DNA of 64,000 bases. Source: Candidatus Hermodarchaeota archaeon (lineage in GTDB: Archaea; Asgardarchaeota; Hermodarchaeia; Hermodarchaeales; Hermodarchaeaceae). Within the stretch, counting starts at the first letter, position 1; the number at the start of each line of letters is the position of its first letter. Both the position numbers and the translations under genes were made by a program. The stretch spans positions 1 through 64,000 of the forward strand of contig JAEOTO010000011.1 of NCBI GenBank assembly GCA_016839805.1, given 5' to 3'. Shown here in pieces: positions 60,480-64,000 of the stretch. The notes beneath the pieces are model-generated. The model was given only the letters and a program-made list of their open reading frames with translations. It was not told the DNA's origin and searched no databases.

Positions 60480-60851
60480 TCATGATTTTAGATCACGAAA
60501 CATTTTGAAGGGATTAAACCCGATTTCAGCCATGACTGCAGATTTGGAATCCTTATCTAGCCACTTGAGAAGAGTTTCAAAGGCGGTGTTTTCCTCTTTC
60601 GCTGCATCATTCCGTTGGCCAATGATAAATGCAAGGACTGCTCCACTGGCGACTCCAGCAATTAAGTTCAAGATTGCTGTGGCTAAATCAAGTGCAGAAA
60701 ATGCAAGTACTAATGCAGCGGTAATAAAAACCGTCATGATGATTGCTATGATGAATATTAACGCCGTCCATAGATACTTCCAGAGAAAAGCGGTGTGATA
60801 TCTTTTTGCTATAACTTCAAAGATTTGCGATGGTGGTATGTCTTGACTCAT
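60480..60851 (-). CDS. Small 2-TM membrane protein
   Basis: Two hydrophobic helices. Confidence 0.6.
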   Translation of the reverse strand: MSQDIPPSQIFEVIAKRYHTAFLWKYLWTALIFIIAIIMTVFITAALVLAFSALDLATAILNLIAGVASGAVLAFIIGQRNDAAKEENTAFETLLKWLDKDSKSAVMAEIGFNPFKMFRDLKS

Positions 60852-61150
60852 TTTCCTTTCACCATTATTTTGGAGCCTATGACTCAAACCCTCACTCAAT
60901 CCATCTGTGATTATCATATTTATAATACGCCCCTTAGCAGATTTCAGCTACTAGAGTATTGTGTGGTAGTAGGATTTCCTAGTTCATTGGGCTGGGTCTT
61001 AGTGTTAGGGGACGTTGAGTGCGAGTTTAGCAAAAAAGAACAAGTTGAGAATGGGTCCAATGGTTATGACTAGAACCAGGAACACCTTTTTTGGTGTTGT
61101 CAGGTTCTCGAGTGGCATCGTGTCAACTAGCGAATTAATAACTAAAAACT

Positions 61151-61258
61151 TGCCTCTCTTGTGCGGTGCATGCGGTGAATGGGCAGATGGCGATGCGGAT
61201 TGAGGTTCTGAATCATTTGGGTGAGACGACGCAGGTGCTTCAGAATTTCGAAGATTAA
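61151..61258 (+). repeat. mvhA 3'-end copy 3 (intact frame to stop)
   Basis: CLSCAVHAVNGQMAMRIEVLNHLGETTQVLQNFED* versus native CLSCAVHSINGQMAMQIDVKNHLGERVQVLRNFE* (55936-56040). Confidence 0.93.
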
Positions 61259-61427
61259 GTGGTTCTTCTAGTTAAAATTAATCTGGTCCATTCATATCGT
61301 TGTAGTTTTGAATTCAGTTTTTGTATTTTTTGTGTAGGACGGTATCCATGAATATTTATGCGTGACCCTCCTGTGTTTTTTTGACATCACGGTGATTGTG
61401 GTGATCATATTATTTGGGTAAAGAAAA

Positions 61428-61769
61428 ATGTCGAATGAAACTGCCAGAACATTAGCACTGGCTGGAGGCATATTGAATTTGATTGGTGGGCTCGTCATTA
61501 CGAGCATCACCTCCTTGTTATACTTCTTCCTTCTCTGGACGGGGCTTGAACCCTCTAGTTTGAACCACACCCTGTTCTTATTCTTCCTTATGATTGGGAT
61601 ATTTGCGACGCTTCTCGGGATTTTACCAATTATATGGCGCAATGATCCCGAGAATCACCAAACGGGCTTAGTCATCATCGGTGCCATTACCATCCTCTCA
61701 ATTGGCGGTATACTCAATCTCGCAGCTGGTATTATCGCAACAAACGAAGAAGCGGTCAAAACCTCATAG
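61428..61769 (+). CDS. Small 3-TM membrane protein
   Basis: Hydrophobic helices with repeated GGILNL motif. Confidence 0.65.
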   Translation: MSNETARTLALAGGILNLIGGLVITSITSLLYFFLLWTGLEPSSLNHTLFLFFLMIGIFATLLGILPIIWRNDPENHQTGLVIIGAITILSIGGILNLAAGIIATNEEAVKTS

Positions 61770-61850
61770 ATAGTTCGAGTAAAAGCGTTTTTCCGTTTCT
61801 TTCTTCCCTCTTTTTTTTACTCACAGTTTTTTCATATGCTCCCAGATAAG

Positions 61851-61954
61851 CTTCTTACGCGGTGCATCCCGTTAATGACAAATGGCGATGCGGGTTGAGT
61901 TGTTGAATCATCTGGGGGGAAACAACCTAAATCATTCAGAACTTTCAGGATTAA
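61851..61954 (+). repeat. mvhA 3'-end copy 4 (indels and internal stop)
   Basis: SYAVHPVN.QMAMRVELLNHLG.ETT*IIQNFQD*. Confidence 0.85.
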
Positions 61955-62178
61955 CTTCTTACGTACTGGCTTGTGTTGAGAGCCAGTCTTCTACCTTCTT
62001 TCGTTTGGGGTTAGATGATGGCATTGTACCTCTTACTCTTTTTGAGAGAGGTTTTTTCATATTGCTGAAACTCGTCCTGATCGGTTTCTTCTTTCCTTCG
62101 GGCGTCGACGCTAAGGATATCCTTCTTTGTTGCGGCTCGAATGACTTTTTTTGTTTCTCACTGAATATACCCACCATA

Positions 62179-63459
62179 CTACAAGTGGTTATTTTCCATC
62201 ATTATGGACTCGATGGACTGGGTGTTTTTTTTGTGTTGGGATTGGGGGATTGAAAACCGAAGCGTCCGTTGTTGATTAAGCTCGTTAACAAAAACCTCAG
62301 AGGCTCTACCAACAAATTCGAGGGACTGAGGGGCGATGTTATCAATTCGATCATGTGGTGTGTGATTGAGGAGGAAATTCACTCCTCCACCAAACCACCA
62401 GTGCACTGCTGGAATACCATAATACGCAAAGATGCGGTTATCTCCTCCGGTAGGCGCTAGTCGCATTTCTGGGTTCCATTGATGAATCGCTTGATTGACT
62501 CGGGTGAGCAGCCGTTTTTCTCCAATTACACCTAGGGCTAAATTACCAATTCGGGCCCCTTGTACGTCAAAATTCAGATTCAGTTTAATCTCATCTAATG
62601 AAGTTGAATGCGTTTGGCAATAATGCCGCGCTCCTTGTAAGGCGCACTCCTCGCTTCCACAAGCCACGAAGCGTAAGGTCCATCGAGGGGTCGAAGCCGC
62701 GAAGACTCTCGCTAGTTCCAGTAAAATCGCGGTGCCAGCAGCATTATCCGCGGCTCCAGGGGAGTACGGAGCAGAATCATAGTGGGCGGAAAAAAGGATG
62801 ACATCTGGTTCTAGTCCTGGAATTTCACCAATCACATTGAAACTTTCTGACTGGAGAATTGTTACATCCGCTAGGATAGTTAGTTCTCTCGCATTGGCTA
62901 ACAACTTCGCTCCATCTTGATAACTAACAGAGATTATCGGTGGTAAAAGGTCGAAATCGCCCGTGTTTAATGCACTATAGATAAAACCCATAGGAAGTTT
63001 GGGTGGAATCCCTGGATGATATGTGACATAGATAATTCCTTGAACACCTGCTTGGATGAGATCCTGCACGACTTGTTGCGAGAAATCCCGAGTATATAAT
63101 ATAACGATTTTGTCAGAAAAACGGCTTAGATTATCGGGAGTGGGATTCCAACTCCATGAAGTGTACTTCACAACTGGACCTGATACGCCCTCACTCTCAG
63201 TGGAACCAGATAGTCCAAAGCTTAACCCCTCAAATGTACGAGTTCCGGCGATAATTTGGGCCTTTTTTTGACGACTTGTAAGGACAGGAAACGCTTCGGC
63301 ATGAACGTTTTCAAGACCATATTGCGATAACTGGGTACAGAGATAGTCCTTCGTGGTTACCGTACTCTCCAGTCCCTGCACCCGTACACCAATAGATTGC
63401 GCTAAATGACGACAAACCTCAAATGCAGTGTCACCTGAAAACTTCTGCGTCTCTTTCAT
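62179..63459 (-). CDS. M28 metallopeptidase with PA domain
   Basis: SAHYDS, GAADNAAG, GSEE, NFD, HT..D. Confidence 0.88.
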   Translation of the reverse strand: MKETQKFSGDTAFEVCRHLAQSIGVRVQGLESTVTTKDYLCTQLSQYGLENVHAEAFPVLTSRQKKAQIIAGTRTFEGLSFGLSGSTESEGVSGPVVKYTSWSWNPTPDNLSRFSDKIVILYTRDFSQQVVQDLIQAGVQGIIYVTYHPGIPPKLPMGFIYSALNTGDFDLLPPIISVSYQDGAKLLANARELTILADVTILQSESFNVIGEIPGLEPDVILFSAHYDSAPYSPGAADNAAGTAILLELARVFAASTPRWTLRFVACGSEECALQGARHYCQTHSTSLDEIKLNLNFDVQGARIGNLALGVIGEKRLLTRVNQAIHQWNPEMRLAPTGGDNRIFAYYGIPAVHWWFGGGVNFLLNHTPHDRIDNIAPQSLEFVGRASEVFVNELNQQRTLRFSIPQSQHKKNTQSIESIMMENNHL

Positions 63460-63621
63460 GTCAAAAGAATAGGTCAACCCATTAAAAAAAGAGCTCACGA
63501 GAATGGTAACTTACCACGCAACGAAAACAGCTTTTAATGTCCAAGAAGCTAGTATAAATGGGGATCTGTTTTCTCAATAAGAAGTTGTTAATTATTTAAT
63601 GAAATTTCGTTGAATTTTAAG

Positions 63622-63726
63622 CTTTCTTGTGTGGTGCATGCGGTGAATGGGCATATGGCGTTGTGTGTTGAAGTTCAGAATCATCTTGGTGAGACGACGC
63701 AGGTTATCCAGAACTTCGAAGATTAA
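63622..63726 (+). repeat. mvhA 3'-end copy 5 (open to stop)
   Basis: LSCVVHAVNGHMALCVEVQNHLGETTQVIQNFED*. Confidence 0.92.
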
Positions 63727-63735
63727 TAGATTCGG

Positions 63736-63975
63736 TTACGTGGGTTTGCTTGCTATCACGCGCCAATTGACAAAGTTGTCGATAATGCGCCAAACACCGT
63801 GCACTACAATGAAAGTGAGTAATCCGAGTAATGGATAAACGATGTTTGTTCCCCATATGTCTATTTCGTTATTTACGAAATATTGGAGAATGCCAATCGC
63901 TACAAGGAATTGGCTGATGGCAATGATGATTTGAAAGATAAACCTGATGCTTGATCCAGTCCTTTCTCGCATCAT
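63736..63975 (-). CDS. Small 2-TM membrane protein
   Basis: Two hydrophobic helices; GGGAGGTGA RBS upstream. Confidence 0.6.
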   Translation of the reverse strand: MMRERTGSSIRFIFQIIIAISQFLVAIGILQYFVNNEIDIWGTNIVYPLLGLLTFIVVHGVWRIIDNFVNWRVIASKPT

Positions 63976-64000
63976 AACTCACCTCCCTTCAAGCTCTATA

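Noticed and set aside
61959-62177. 72-aa ORF resembling a second propeptide-like inhibitor (KPIRTSFS...G.MP)
   Set aside because: Low-complexity match lacking the Trp; another frame (VIRAATKEDI) looks more like a GNAT N-terminal remnant; unsupported
57549-63726. mvhA-like repeats as a CRISPR array or as VhuU-type small subunit genes
   Set aside because: Spacing is 0.6-2.6 kb with genes between; copies lack start codons and the DP residues, and several are broken; mvhA already has its own L2 motif

Overview
Archaeal chromosome segment, most consistent with an Asgard archaeon (eL38, longin-domain protein, presenilin-like GxGD protease, extended AglB, sequon-rich surface protein). About 1-46 kb is mostly conserved housekeeping: translation, RNA modification, exosome, RNAP subunits, sucCD, enolase, SRP54, an RPA3-PCNA-PriL-PriS-GINS-L44e-S27e-aIF2a-Nop10 cluster, intein-containing CDC48, and two disrupted TnpB elements. 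It also holds two intron-containing tRNAs, one a tRNA-Leu(CAA) that I parse as carrying four BHB introns (8/9, 30/31, 37/38, 59/60). 47-56 kb is a single hdrCB-kor(delta,alpha,beta,gamma)-hdrA-mvhDGA operon. The main discovery lies directly downstream: five same-orientation, diverged copies of the 3' end of the [NiFe]-hydrogenase gene mvhA. Four begin within the DPCLSC metal-binding motif, and all separate small cargo blocks (peptidases, membrane proteins, gene fragments). This looks like an integron-like cassette array or integration hotspot that uses a protein-coding 3' end as its attachment site. It sits beside a LAGLIDADG-like gene and a C/A to G/T strand-skew switch. One block pairs a papain-family protease with a divergently encoded stand-alone copy of its propeptide. 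Product calls come from recognised motifs and gene context, not from database searches.
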